Source of the DNA: Nemertoderma westbladi
Taxonomy: Eukaryota; Animalia; Xenacoelomorpha
Direction: 5' to 3'
Assembly (NCBI GenBank): GCA_032718475.1
Contig: JAUCBJ010008617.1
Location: 1 to 64,000, forward strand
DNA: 64,000 bases
Part shown: positions 49,896 to 63,556 of the stretch, in pieces
Layout: every line of letters begins with the position of its first letter
Position numbering within the stretch: position 1 is the stretch's first letter
The notes under the pieces: model-generated
Seen by the model: the letters and a program-made list of their open reading frames with translations, nothing else
What the model was told of the DNA's origin: nothing
Databases searched by the model: none
Translations under genes and position numbers: made by a program

Positions 49896-51077
49896 CATCT
49901 ATGGTATAGCTCTGTCTCTGTGTACTGGTGTATCTAAATTACCTTATGTAGTACCGGTATTACTGTATTAGTACATGTCAGCATACTGAAAATAGTGGCC
50001 TCATTTTGAGTGGCCTCAATCTCAAAAGGCAGCATGTCAGTCCTGTCAGGTCATATATATAGTAGGTCAATCCAAGTACCACAACCACTGATCCAGCACG
50101 GCAGGTACTGTACAGTAGTCCTGATTCGTTATACTGTTATATCAGAATATGGTATTCCAATATTTGAACTGGAGTAATGTAATAATACTGTACAGCTGTA
50201 CAATCTGGCTGTCCGGCTGGCAATACAGCAATAGTGAAGAATCAGTTCCTATGCCTTTTACTAAATATTACTATCAGATTAGGTATTACATGTATTAACT
50301 TATTAGGTATATATATTACTGTATTATTATCAGAAGTAGGTATTAATTAACAATTACTGTAGTGGGTAGGCCTCGATATCGTACTTGAATCGGACTGACT
50401 GCTGACTGCAGTTGGCAAAATTTATTAAAATATAAATTAACAAAGTTTACATTTGACAACCTGAACATTTTATACTTAAATAAGAACAATATAGTGTAGT
50501 GTATAAATTAGAAATAAGCATATATGGCTCATCTCCATGAATAAAGCAATGTATGACAATCTGGTTGATATGGCAATATTATTATTATTATTTAATAATT
50601 CACTAATAATATTAATAATATTATACTATATTAATAATAATAATATTATACTTTAATAATATATGCAATAGCTGATTATTAACATTTAAAAACCCGGATC
50701 TACAGAATGACAGATCTACAGAACGACAGATCTATAGGCACACTGACTGAGATATTGGTACCCATATGCTACGCTCCCTTACTTTCGTGGCTTACCCCAC
50801 AGTTCCACATCGAGGATGCCTTATTACCCTTCTTGGTAACATAAATATAGCATTCTGTCATCCTAACTACCTGCTGGTGTACAGGTGTAGTTGGTCAGCT
50901 GTCAGAATAATGGGATCCAAGCTAAGCTTATTGTTGCTGCAAGGCTCGAATCATTGATATAGTTTCGTTTTTGACAGAGCAAAATCTTGAATTCAGGGGA
51001 CACCAAGGAGAAGCAATTTCCAATTTGTCGAAGAAAAGCACAATCCAGAATCATGGCAATTTTTTAGCCACTATTAA

Positions 51078-52651
51078 CCCTATTAAACCCGGGGGGGGGG
51101 GTCAATATGACCCCCCCCCCGTGGTTTTTTTATTATAATTCTGAAACAAACGCAGTTGGGAATCTGAAATTTTATGACTTTTCCTAAAAATCTATTGTCT
51201 TCATGGTAGTGAAAACCGTTTTCAAAAATATTGGGTACTTTTCGAGTTATAGCACCATTTTTTAACCCTACTTTTGGCACTTTTTTTGAGACGTTTTTTG
51301 AAAATTACATTTCATTAAATATGAATTGTAACATCTCTATTTTTGATTTACACCGGTTTTTTGGTGTTAGAAATTGGATGGAATTCATATAAATTGATTT
51401 AGAAATTTCAAACTTGTTTTTTTCGATGGGTGCCAAATTTTGGTGCCAGCACCAAATTTTGAAATAAGTCAATTTTGTAAATTGATTGTTTGAAACTTGT
51501 TTTTTACGCAATTGGGGTTTTTTGGGGTTCTGGATTCGATGAAATATATACGAGTTGCACCAAGCGTATCAAACTTGTATTTTTCGGTGCTGTGTGCAAA
51601 TTTTGGTGCTAGCACGAAATTTTGAAAATCCATTCAATATATAAAATTGCTTGTGACAATTTATTTCTTGCGTTTTAGAGGTTTATGGCTGTTCTGAATT
51701 CAATGGAAAATATAATTATCGAACTAGACATCTCAAACTTGTATTTTTCGGATGTGGGTGCAAAATGTGGTGCTAGCACCAAATTTTGAAAACCATCAAA
51801 TATATCAATTGATTGTGTCACCTTGTTTCTTGCGTTATACGGGTTTGTGATGGTTCTGAATTCAATGGAATCAGTAAAAATTTCATAAGAGTTCTCAAAC
51901 TTGTATTTTTCGCCGGTGGGTGAAAATTGTTGTGCCAGCACCAAATTTTGGAAAATATGCAAATTGATAAGTAGATAGTATCACCTTGTTTCTTGCGTTA
52001 TACGGGTTTATGAGGGTCCTGAATCCGATGGAATCAATAAAAACAGCACTGGACATCGCAAACTTGTACTTTTTGGTGATGGGTACGAAATTTGGTGCTA
52101 GCACCAAAATTTGCCAAATTACGCCGAAAAATACAAGTAGCAATGATCTGGCATATTAGAAATGTATTCCATTAGAATCAGCGCCCTCGAAAACCTGAAA
52201 ATGTGAATTTATAGCATCGTATAAGTGAATTAAAAAAAAATTTGTGTTCTAACTGAAAAGTGCTGGTTACTTGTATATTTCATTTTTTTCCTACGCAGAG
52301 AGGACTAAACAGCCATTTACAGTAATCATATCATTTCTAAATATTTTCCAATGTATTTTGCACCCCAAAAAACCTGTATTGAAAAATAATTAGCCGAAAA
52401 TGTAACTTTCAAATTTTGTGAAAATTGTGCACTACTTGTAATTTTGGTGCTGCAATATAACCACCCCAGTACATTTTTTCGAAAATTTTTTTTTTTCGGT
52501 CGGATCCAGACAAATGATACCTACGTACAAACAAAAAATCAGACGTTTTCGTAAATATTTGTAGATTTTAGAGGGGGGAGGTCAATATGACCCCCCCCCC
52601 CCCCCCCCCCCCGGTATTTGTACAACATTTTATAGCCTGGTACTAATAGGG
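51078..52651. mobile_element. piggyBac-type non-autonomous element with internal ~163-bp repeats
   Basis: TTAA|CCCTATTA ... TAATAGGG|TTAA, with a Gn-gtcaatatgac-Cn hairpin near both ends. Confidence 0.85.
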
Positions 52652-53023
52652 TTAAACTTTTAACCAATATGACACTACTTTGGCTCTGCACCAACTACAG
52701 TATAGTGAGGGGACAAACAATAAGAAACTGTTGCATCGTTTTCTTAGCAGCTTAGTAGTGGAACGTTCATCCATTACACACGCGGTTTGTAAAGAATGTC
52801 GAATAACAGATGACCTTTATATTTAAACGTATATATACAGTATATTGTTTCAACCGTGCGAACAAACCGTATAGAAAGTTCAGCTGTGAGGAATGGAGAA
52901 ATTGGGTGAAATCATGTTCATGTAAGGGTTATTATACCAACAGTATTAGAAGAGTAGACTTAGACAAACATGTGATATTATTCTAGGCAGTAGAACATTG
53001 GGTTATGGTTTATACAGGGCTGC

Positions 53024-53225
53024 AGAGGACCAGCCTGTGCACAATCTTGTGCTTTGGCAGCCCCATGGAGAAAATAAGCGTGATGGACAGCCCATTACTT
53101 TCTTGAGATGCCTCTTAAAGGACACTGGCCTTGAATATGCGGATAATCTCGCGAAATTCATGGGGGATAGGGAGTTGTGGCGGTGCAGCTTTGTTGATAA
53201 GCCGGCATAGCAGTCTTAATGCACA
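53024..53225 (+). mobile_element. RTE LINE 3' fragment
   Basis: EDQPVHNLVLWQPHG..GDRELWR matches 6298-6480. Confidence 0.85.
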
Positions 53226-53732
53226 CTGCATTGGGATTCCCAATTGTGGATTGCATGATGGTGACAAAATGTTTTTGTTAAGCTGGCATAGCATCACAAT
53301 GTGCAGTTTCAATGCAGCAGGCTGATTAGCCTATAGTACTGTACAGTAGTAGTTGCTTAAGAATAGTCGGTCTGCTATTCGTGTCCATCCAACTGCACTA
53401 GCACAAGGACGAGTAGCTCTTAACATTAGGAAGTAAACGGATGCATGCTGTGTTGCTGGCCAACCTGCGGTACTGATAAGACTTGACTAAAAAATCGCTC
53501 TAGAAACCTGTCAATAAATAAATACAAATCCAACAAATGCTAAAGACATTGAAAAAATTATGAGTTTATTTCATTGGAGGTTTTATGTTTACATATTGTG
53601 AAATGCTTTTCAATATGATTTTAAAATGAATGAATTTTATTTAATATTAAATCCTACCAGTAAAACTACTTTATTATTATAATCTACGATTCCTTATACA
53701 ACATTTTTTCCACTCAAAATATACTGTATGTA

Positions 53733-54903
53733 CTGGGTGTTCCATAATGATTGCCCTCCCCCCCTGGCCAGCTAAAACTGCCAGACATGCACTTTAGTGT
53801 AATATACCATTCGAAAGATAATTTAATTCGGAGCTTGAATGCAAAAATGTAGGGTCCAATACAAAAGTATACAAATTTTATAGGCTATTCTTTAAACCTA
53901 ACTTATTTTTCAATATTTTTGATTTAATCACAATTAAAAAAATATAATTTATCCAGCGTTTGTCATCAGCTTTGCATCCATGTTTCCCCTTTGCAGCACG
54001 GGGAGCTCCTGGATAGTGGCAAAGGATGTTGGCATAAAGGGCCGTTTTGGTTTGAGTTCAGTTTGATTAAGTCACAGAATTAAAAATCCATGTTTCCTCC
54101 ATTTGCATTGCGAACAGCAGTCACTCGTCTGGGAAACGTTGATAGAAGTTTATCAAACAAATCTCTGTCATCAGCCATACTTTCCAGCACAGAAATCAGG
54201 TGTTATTTGAGTACAACTTTGGAGTATCTCATATTGGGTTGTTCGATCATCATTAAGTCTTCAACGCGTTGCTTGACAATAGCTCCTAAATCCTCTACTG
54301 GGTTTAGGTCAGGGGAATTTCCCGGCCACTCAATGTTTCCAAAGAAGTTAACACCAGATGCCAATAACAACTGCTGAGTTGAATTAGCTTTCATACAGGG
54401 TGCATGGTCATGAAGAAAGGTCGCTTCATTGGGGTCTATCATCACGTTATCAGGGTTGTCTAAGAAGGGCAGAACATTCTCAGCAAGAATAACCACCTTG
54501 TTTCACCTTGGTGTAGTGGTTGCATTGAATTCACATCTCCCGTAGGTCTTGGGTTCGATCCTCACATGGGCCAGTGCAGTTTTCGTTTCGGCACGAATGC
54601 TTTAAAGGGACCAGCCAGGGCGCATCTTTGCCTTGCATCTTTAAGTGGTAGCAAAATGAGTACTAGAGTTTCCTCTGGGGAGTAAAGTTATGGGGGGACC
54701 GCACTGGAAATAAGTCATCAGACTTTGTGCGTAATCCCTGGCCTAGTGGCTGAAGAAAATTTACTTTACTTTGTCCCTGATCTTTGATGACAAACATCAT
54801 CCTACGAGCTGTAAACATTATAAAAAAACCCAACACACTCTGGACGGTTAGGCATCTGACGAATGCAGAACTCATCATCAATATCCTCCAATCGCAGGGA
54901 CCA
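53733..54903 (-). mobile_element. Tc1/mariner DD37E transposon, copy 2 (truncated), with an intact SINE at ~54500-54770
   Basis: Paralogous to 36107-37087 plus 44180-44392. FLHD-x37-E within WPGNSPDLNPVE. Confidence 0.88.
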
Positions 54904-55100
54904 TACAAACCGGTAGGAAACGATGCGTACTTCACACTACTCTACGATGCACAGAACCACAACTAAATTGGAGAAAATATATATATTATGCACATACAGT
55001 AAAGCAGGTAAATATCGAACGATAAAGCTTCAGAAAGTTACTATTGGGTGGGAGATCAAACCCCAGAAAGCTACTATTGGATAGAACTACCTGCTCTAAT

Positions 55101-57625
55101 TGTCACGCCATACTATAATTCTTACAGACTATATTAGTTCATATGTAGGATCGGCAATTCTAAATGTCAACCCAAGTCAACGGCACGACAGTCATTTTGC
55201 TATAATGAAATAGAGGGATTTCTATGAACTAAGGATAGACTCCCGATAATCCCGCAATACTCCCCCCCGTGCAATCAGCTACTGATTGCACACAAGTACA
55301 CAATATTCAAGAAGATGCACGAAGCGGTAATTCCTTGGCCCTTATTCTGGGTCTACATTCTGGCTTCACTGCTACGTTTATGTTCACATTTCATATTCAC
55401 CACATTGATATACTAGGCTATAGTATTTCTTACCATGTGCACACACCAGGCTATGATGGTCGCACAATGCATACGCGCTAGGCTATAGCGCTTCACCCAT
55501 ACGAGTGCACTAAATTTAGTGCTGTACTTTGATACACCTCCCTGGTGTTCAAACTACTATGACACCACCCTGTAGCATCATATCTCGTATCCAACTCACG
55601 CTCAAATCCATATAACTTCCCTAAACAGCTAATAATACTCTTCGTCCAAACATTCCCACATAACTTACCATATACTCATAACATTGCAGCCTACAATTTT
55701 ATGAGCAATAATGTGTGCTTTGTACTGATGGGTCATGTTAATAATACTGTATTTGATTTGTTAATTCAAAGTCAGGTCAGTTTCCAGATGAATAAAATTT
55801 TCGCAATATGTGTATGAGTATGATGTTGATAACAAATCAACTAGCAATAATTGTATTATACGGTATCCCTGCAGTGGATAACGTATAAATTATATTAAGT
55901 TGAATTATTACCTAAATTTTGCTAATAATCAATCTTGACACTATGAAAATATGTAAACTATAAACCGAAAATTTCCAAATTTCACCAAATGTCCCTTCGA
56001 GACATTTACGTCTACTACTCCAACTCACTTTTATTCTATAATCCGTAGAACTTTTCTATGCTATAGTCTGCGCAGCTACGCAAATGCCTTTGCATGTTGC
56101 ATCTGCATAGTTACTTAAATATATACGTAATACATTAATATATTGGACCTCGCCTACTAAGTATACTGTACTTGGGCATGCTATATAAATTATATGATTG
56201 CTGTTACCATTACAACTATCGCCACTATTTTGGCAGGGTTAGTTTGGTTGCGAGATTGTATATTGTCTGCAAAAGACAACAATGTCCTTTACCATTTACT
56301 ACTATTATCACCTTTTAGAAGCAATTATTTTCCGTGCTCTCTGGACTGAATCAATGTTACTCAACTGCCTCTAGTAGACAGCATTTGCTTGCCCCACGCC
56401 GATACACTTTCCCATCGGCATACTTCACTTCATCTACTATAGTAGATGAGCCTGAAATAATTAGGCCTGTTCTCGAAGCCACCCTTTCGGTGATAGAGAC
56501 ACCTGTTCTCCCAGAACCTACCTCTAAATTCCCTTTACACAGCACGAAACTACCTGTGCCCAGTAGGACTGTTCCCGAGTCCGAACCCATCCTGGACGCC
56601 GAGCGAGATATCAAGAATTTATCGCCCGTCGTCTCTCGCTTGCCCACTACTACGTTGGCGACTCCCGCTTCGGTGGTCGAGTGGGTAGCTGAGGGACGAC
56701 GGGAGATGGGTCTCTGTGCACCTTTGTCCACTTCTTTCTCATTCGGAGAGTAGGTAGATACTCTCCCATCCACCTATCCCAATACTCTTTGCTGACCTGC
56801 TGCACAACCTTCCAAGAGTTGCGTAAGTCCCCTCGACTACCTATCCACTCCCCCCGATTCCATACCCTTACTGGCTTTTGAGCCAGAAAATGATTTGGTG
56901 TAAGGACTTCCAAAGAGGATGGATCATCTCTCACCGCCCACAATGGTGTGGAATTCATGATGGATTCCACCTCTGCGAAGACTGTTCGCAAACTATCTTC
57001 CGATAGATTGTGGTTGTGGGTTAATGCCTCTATATGTTTTTTTGCGCTTCCCACAAGCCGTTCCCACACCCCTGACATATGCAGAGAATATGGTGTGTGA
57101 AACGTCCACTCTAACCCTCTAACCCGTGGCCTAACTGAGTTCACGACACTTGTAGAACGGAAAGCCTGTTGTGCATTTTTTAGTTCCCCTTCCGCTCCTA
57201 CAAAGTTCCCACCATTGTCAGATGAAATCTTCTTCATTTCACCATGTCTTGAAATGAATCGACGGAGTGCATTTATAAATGATGCCGCAGTTGCATCTGC
57301 CGCCAATTCCACTGCTACCGCTCTTGTTGCTTGGCATACAAATATTAGCCCATACCTCTTTTCTAGATTACGAACAGTTCTCCGTGTTCGTCTGCTAAAG
57401 ACTTCGATTGGACCGAACATATCTACCCCTGTATGAGTGAATGGTGGAAAATATGGTGTGATACGATCCACAGGCAGAGGGGCCATTTGTTGTTCTACTC
57501 TTCGCTTTTGGATCCTGCGGCACATCATGCATTTCCCGACCATTCCTTTCACTGTCTTCCTCAATCCTGGTGCTATGAATTTTTTTCTTATTTCTATTAA
57601 TGTGGCATCAATGCCACCATGCACC
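55101..57625 (-). mobile_element. BEL/Pao LTR retrotransposon 3' part (integrase, PPT, possible LTR remnant)
   Basis: ORF 56650-57624 has CMMC, MAPLPVDRI, FTHTGVDMFGP, RRFISRHG, SDNGGNF, WERLV and LTPNHFL. The terminus reads VYRR..KCCLLE. PPT-like gggggggagta at ~55258-55268. LTR extent is uncertain. Confidence 0.82.
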
Positions 57626-58114
57626 TTATTATTTATTTTTATTTATTTATTTATTTCCTCCAAAATATAAAATAAAAATAACGCACAATACCCTACAAAA
57701 TTGATTGCTGGGTTGATTGGTGTGAGCTTCCGCTATAGCATAGCTAGTGTAGTTTTAGCTCACCCCTGCATCTGGAGAGTTCTAGAATGTTTAAAGTAAA
57801 TTTAATTATACAGATAGGTGGGTGCGGTGCGGTTGACTGCTGTCGGAATTTTATAAATATTTGTTTTTTCCTGCATGTAAAAAAATAAATTTGTGGTATG
57901 TACAAGATTGCATAGCAAACTGATGATAACCACTAGGGGAGAATGTATATGTAAAGAAAAAAAGTATGAAACTATATATATGACGCAAAATCTGTAAAGG
58001 AAAATATATTTATATAACGCAAGTTGTTGATAACCTATTGGGGAGAATGTATATGAAAAAAAAAATAAAAATAATAAAATATATATGTATGCTATTGAAA
58101 TTGAAATGGTTTAA

Positions 58115-61100
58115 TCATATCTGCAGTAAGTGGTATTTTAATTTTTTCTTAAATATCGCCAAGTTTCGACTGTCCCTAATAAGTTGTGATAATGAGTTCC
58201 ACAAAAGTGGCCCTTGCATAGATAATGAAAGATGGCGAACATCCAAACGAGCCGGAGGTAAATGATACAGGCCAGAGGAAGCAGAGCGAGTATTATATGA
58301 GTGAACCGAAGAGGCTTTAGTAAAGAGGTAAGCTAGAGGGTGAGATGAATTATTATGGACTTCAAACATGAGTATTAGCACCTGGTATTTATAGAGGAGA
58401 TCTAGAGGCAGGATACGTAATTGTTGGTAGATGGGATAGGATGAGGATTGAGAATGATTAAATGTGATACAACGCAATATTTTATTGATTTTTATTTTCA
58501 AAGGATCTGTGTTGGACTTGTAAGTGCCGCCCCAAACAATCAAGCCATAGAAAATGTAAGGATAAATTAATGTATTAAAAAGCATGCGGAGTAACTCTCT
58601 AGAAAGTATATGTCGAAGTTTATAGAACAGTCCACCTGTTTTAGAAATTTTTTTAAGTATGTATTTAATGTGCACCTTAAATGTGAGTTTATCATCTATA
58701 ATTATGCCTAAGTATTTTGCAGCGGACGTGTATCTGATGGGTTTGTTGTTGATATTAATTGTTGTGCTTGGTAAGTTGAAATTTTGCGAAAATGTAAATA
58801 TGGAGTATTCTGTTTTATCGGTGTTTAAGGTTAATTTATTATCTATCAGCCAATCATTAATTAAATTACTTTCGGTATTTATAGTATTAGTTAATCTGGT
58901 TATGTTACTATCGTAGAGCATGAGAGATGTATCGTCTGCAAACAGAGTGGCAATGAGAGAGGTTGCATTTGGGAGATCATTTATATAAAGTAAAAAAAGA
59001 ATTGGGCCTAGTACCGAACCTTGTGGGATACCACAGGTGATTGAATTAACTAAAGATGACGTAACACCTAATGAAACAAACTGTTTACGATTGGATAAGT
59101 AATCTGAGAAAATCGACAGAGGGGTTCCGCATATACCATATGACTGAAGTTTCTTTATAAGGATGGAGTGGTCAAGATTATCAAATGCCTTACAGAGGTC
59201 TATATATACTAAACAAGAGGATTGATGATTATCGAGAGCATTTCGAATTGACTCCACTATATTTATTACTGCATATGATGTGGTGAATTTTTTCCGGAAG
59301 CCGAATTGATTACGCGAAATTACATTGAATTTATTAAGGTATGCTATAAGCTGGTTGTATAAAACTGTTTCGAAAATTTTAGGGAAAACAGGGAGGAGGG
59401 AGATTGGACGGTAGTTTGTAGGAAGAAATGGGTTACCACCCTTATAAGCTGGAATGACCTTTGCTAACTTAAGACAATCAGGAAAATGCCCTAGTCGTAA
59501 ACTGAGATTAATCAAGCTACATAAATGAGTAGATATAAATGGGGCCGCAAGCTTTACTAAAGAAATCGGAAAATCGTCATTGGAGGCGCACTTCTCATCT
59601 AATTGTAAAATGATGTAATGAATTTCAGCGGGAGATGTTTCTGAAAGTCCGAAGGAATTGGATTTGGGATGTCTTACATGGCGAGTAGGACAACGAGAAC
59701 TTGAAGCAAATTGTGAAGCAAGTTGAGGACCAATGTTGGAAAAGAAATTGTTAAAGGCGTTGGCTATATCAGCTGGATTGGAGAGAGAAATAATTTTCCC
59801 ATCTTTTTCCACGTTTAATCTCTTTGGTGTTGATGTTTTTGCAGAACGGTGTAATAAAGAGTTTAATGTTTTCCAAGTCTTACGTATATTATTCGAATTT
59901 TTATTGAATTCGGAGTTGAAGTATTGTTTTTCAGCTGCTCTAGGTAGTGTGGTTAATTTATTTCTGTATAATTTATAACGATTATGATTTTCAGTTGTGG
60001 GTGATTTAGAATGTATTGCGTATAATAAGTTTTTCTTTTTTATTCCTAAAATTAGCGATTTTGTGAGCCAAGGTTTCTTTGGAACATCTCGTTTTTGTAC
60101 AACCACGGAGGGAAGGTTATCCTTGCAAATATTTGTGAAGTCATCATAAAAACTTTCTAGTTTAAGTTTGTCAGGGGTGTTATTAGCTGAATATCAAAAG
60201 GAAAAGTTTCGTACATCATTAGTAAACCTATCTTTATTAAATTGTGAGTAATCGTAAGTGCGCTTTGTATCAGGAGGAAGAAAAAACATAGAATAATCAG
60301 TTAAAACCATGAAAGTAGGAAGGTGGTCGGTAGTACCAGTTTCTGTTAAAAATACACCAGGTGAGCAAATAGATGAGTGTATATTACAAAGGATGTGGTC
60401 TATAGTAGATCTAGAATAGGGAGTGATACGAGTATGTTGGTTTATAGTTTGAGTGAAGCCGTTAGAAGATATTGTATTAATATATTCACTAGTACGAGGC
60501 TTATTTGGTTTAGAAACATCAATATTATAATCACCGGTTATAACAAGGTCGTAATTTGTTGAGGCCAATTTGGAAAGTGTATCATTAAAACCTTTATTAA
60601 AACTATCAAATTCTATTTCGTCTGAGCGATAAATACATCCAATTATTAAGGGCTTATTAGGGTGAGGCCTCGCCACTTCTATCCAGCAATTTTCAGGGCC
60701 GTTGAAATGAAGGTCGGGTCGTATTGATGTTTCTAAATCGGAGCGCGCATAAATAGCCGTGCCTCCTCTGGCTAGTCTCTTACCCCATTTTCGAAAATCA
60801 CAGTAAGGTTCCTTAAAACCACGAACGGCAACTTCATTTAATACACTATCTTTAGTTAAAAACGTTTCAGAAAAAGTCAGAATGTCGAAATTGGCATTCA
60901 TAGATTCCAAAAAATTTGTTATTGCACATATATTTGCGTTTAAGCTCCTGCAATTTAAATGCATTAATGAAAAATTCGATCTGCTGTCATTTCCGTAAAA
61001 TTGGTTATCAAATATTGTTTCATTAAAGTAATCCCCTAGAATCAAATTGCAATTCAAGTTATCGTCAGGATTAATATCACTAAAGATGTTGCCAGCAGCC

Positions 61101-61405
61101 TGTATGTCTTCACAATTAACTTCACCCGTTTCATTAGAAAATATATCGAGATCGTCATTTTCAACACTACCAAAAGGAAATAGATAATGATAACAAAAAT
61201 TGCACCAGTGTGATAAAATGGTAGTGTCTGAAAAAACGATAGTCTCAAAGAATGAACCACATTGTCGGTGATATTTCTGTTTACAAAGATTGCAGTTGAT
61301 AATTAAATCTGAATTTTGAAAAGTTGAAAAACAAAGGCCGCATCCAATGCCAACAGCCGTCGTCGCACTACCACTAGAATTAGTGTCTGACGCAATTTGT
61401 TGCAT
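58115..61405 (-). pseudogene. LINE ORF2 (PHD, APE, RT), broken near 60110-60195
   Basis: CGLC..CNLC..H..C..WCNFC, HLNCRSL, SETFL, GDYN, DHLP, DLCKAFD, GIPQGS, FADD, WNSL. Confidence 0.9.
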
Positions 61406-61639
61406 TAGACAATGTGTTATGTTGCAATATTTATCTTAAGTGGCCGCTAAAATTCAAATTACATTCCCCAGCAACCAATGTGGTATATACCGGTATCTAC
61501 CTATAATATATTATAGTATATATCCGGTATAACACATGTCATATATGATACACTAAACGTGGACCAGAATTAAATGTTTTACACGTAATACGCATTATAT
61601 ACACAAATTACATATTGATGTCCTAAATAAGGTTCTAAT

Positions 61640-62375
61640 TTATATATATAGCCCAAACCACCGGTATAAAAAGTATTTAGTATAATATATCGTGCCCTGA
61701 ATATATATAAAAAATAGAAATACATAGTTTAAACTTCTATTATATAAAGCCCATACTAACGGTATAACACGTAATAGTACAACATATTGTACCGTGATAG
61801 TATAATATATCGTACCCTGAATATATATATATAAAATAGAAATACATAGTTTAAACTTCTATTATATAAAGCCCATACTAACGGTATAACACGTAATAGT
61901 ACAACATATTGTACTGTGATAGTATAATATATCGTACCCTGAATATATATATATAAAATAGAAATACATAGGTTAAACTTCTATTATATAAAGCCCATAC
62001 TAACGGTATAACACGTAATAGTACAACATATTGTACCGTGATAGTATAATATATCGTACCCTGAATATATATATATAAAATAGAAATACATAGTTTAAAC
62101 TTCTATTATATAAAGCCCATACTAACGGTATAACACGTAATCGTACAACATATTGTACCGTGATAGTATAATATATCGTACCCTGAATATATATATATAA
62201 AATAGAAATACATAGGTCTGTAGGTTAAACTTATATTATAGCCCATACTAACGGTATAACACCTATTAGTTTAATATATCGTACCCTGAATATATATATA
62301 TATAAAATAGAAATACATAGGTTAAACTTATATTATAGCCCATACTAACGGTATAACACCTATTAGTTTAATATA
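61640..62375. repeat. ~122-bp AT-rich tandem repeat (about 6 units) in the LINE inter-ORF spacer
   Basis: The motif tataatatatcgtaccctg recurs at 61681, 61801, 61923, 62045, 62167 and ~62270. Confidence 0.92.
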
Positions 62376-62806
62376 TCACCGATATACTGATATAGGCCCT
62401 AGTACATAATGGTACCGGTACAGTATTGGCATTATATATCGCAGCCCTTCTAGCCTATATTAAGAGAAGGTAAAGAAATAAAAAGAAATCAAAAAAAGAA
62501 ATAAAAATAAATCAAGACTTAGCCAATAATAGAAAAATAAACCAAAATGCAACTTCAAATTTTCCGGACTAACAGCATATTCACTTGTTACTGTTATATA
62601 GGCTCTAATAGTAATGAGTAAGACTACAATAGAAAAATAAATGGACTGACCGACATGCAGATTTATACCAGTATGTAGAGATTTTAATGTTTGGGGAAAG
62701 CATCAACGTCGAAATACAGCTCGGAACATTCATTATAGCAGTATGTTAGCTAAACCCAAGAAATTGGTGGGTCATACCAATTTAACAAAAAAACCAGTAA
62801 GATAAA

Positions 62807-63556
62807 TTACCTGTTCCTGTTCCCTTCATTGACCATATGGGATGGACTGACTTGGAGGGCATGAATAGCCACAACATCAGAATCCGAACATATCTTCTTT
62901 GGTATCGATTTCTCCGCGGTGCAAACAAATACAGATCCATTGCGTGTGAAGTAAGAGAATATTAACTTAGCCCGATGTAATTCGCGCACGCGGGTAATTA
63001 ATTTCGAGCCCGTGGGGGTAAGATGTTCCATAATCGATAAAGGATGCTTCAACTTTTTCTTATTAACCAAGGCAGTTCTACGAGCGCTGTGGCCATAGAA
63101 CCGAATAATTAATAGACGAGGTTTTGGTGGCTCGCTTGTTAAAGAAGACGAATGTGTGGCCGAGGGACCAGTTGGCTTCGATGTTTTACCTAACCTGTGG
63201 TACAAATCAACGTCACTAATCGAGAGGTTTAGAGGGGATAGCACTTCTGAGATAAGCTGATGATGCTCTTCGTCGGGGCTGACCACCTCTGGAAGGTGAT
63301 GAACAAGTATGTTGTGGCGTCGTTGATAAGAGGTAAGCTCTTCATTATCGTGATGGAGTTCTGCCTGTTGTCTCTGTATTGTTGTATTGGTCTCGGTAAT
63401 TACTCGATTGTTGGTTTCGAGATTATCCAATCTCGAACAAACTGCAACGATTTCAGATCGTGATTCGCGAACGTCTTTTATTATGTCAGACTGGCCCTGT
63501 TGTAGATCGTCAAGACGGGCGAGGATTTCCTCGCCCACATCTTTCCACATAGGCAT
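62807..63556 (-). CDS. LINE ORF1 (coiled coil plus RRM-like plus C-terminal domain)
   Basis: Heptad-rich N-terminus, RRHNILVHHLPE, HRLGK, PRLLIIRF, IMEHLT and FTRNGSVFV. Confidence 0.8.
   Translation of the reverse strand: MPMWKDVGEEILARLDDLQQGQSDIIKDVRESRSEIVAVCSRLDNLETNNRVITETNTTIQRQQAELHHDNEELTSYQRRHNILVHHLPEVVSPDEEHHQLISEVLSPLNLSISDVDLYHRLGKTSKPTGPSATHSSSLTSEPPKPRLLIIRFYGHSARRTALVNKKKLKHPLSIMEHLTPTGSKLITRVRELHRAKLIFSYFTRNGSVFVCTAEKSIPKKICSDSDVVAIHALQVSPSHMVNEGNRNR

Larger units (their letters stand above)
47231..50071 (-). mobile_element. P-element superfamily transposon, internally deleted
   Basis: TIR catgacctactatatatatg(g/a)cctgacagg, THAP domain MVNKCCVFGC..FP..KW..CIDHFE (49250-49440), and KQSVPLALAIF..WWLISN and SQMSGG motifs. 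The TSD is degenerate. Confidence 0.82.
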
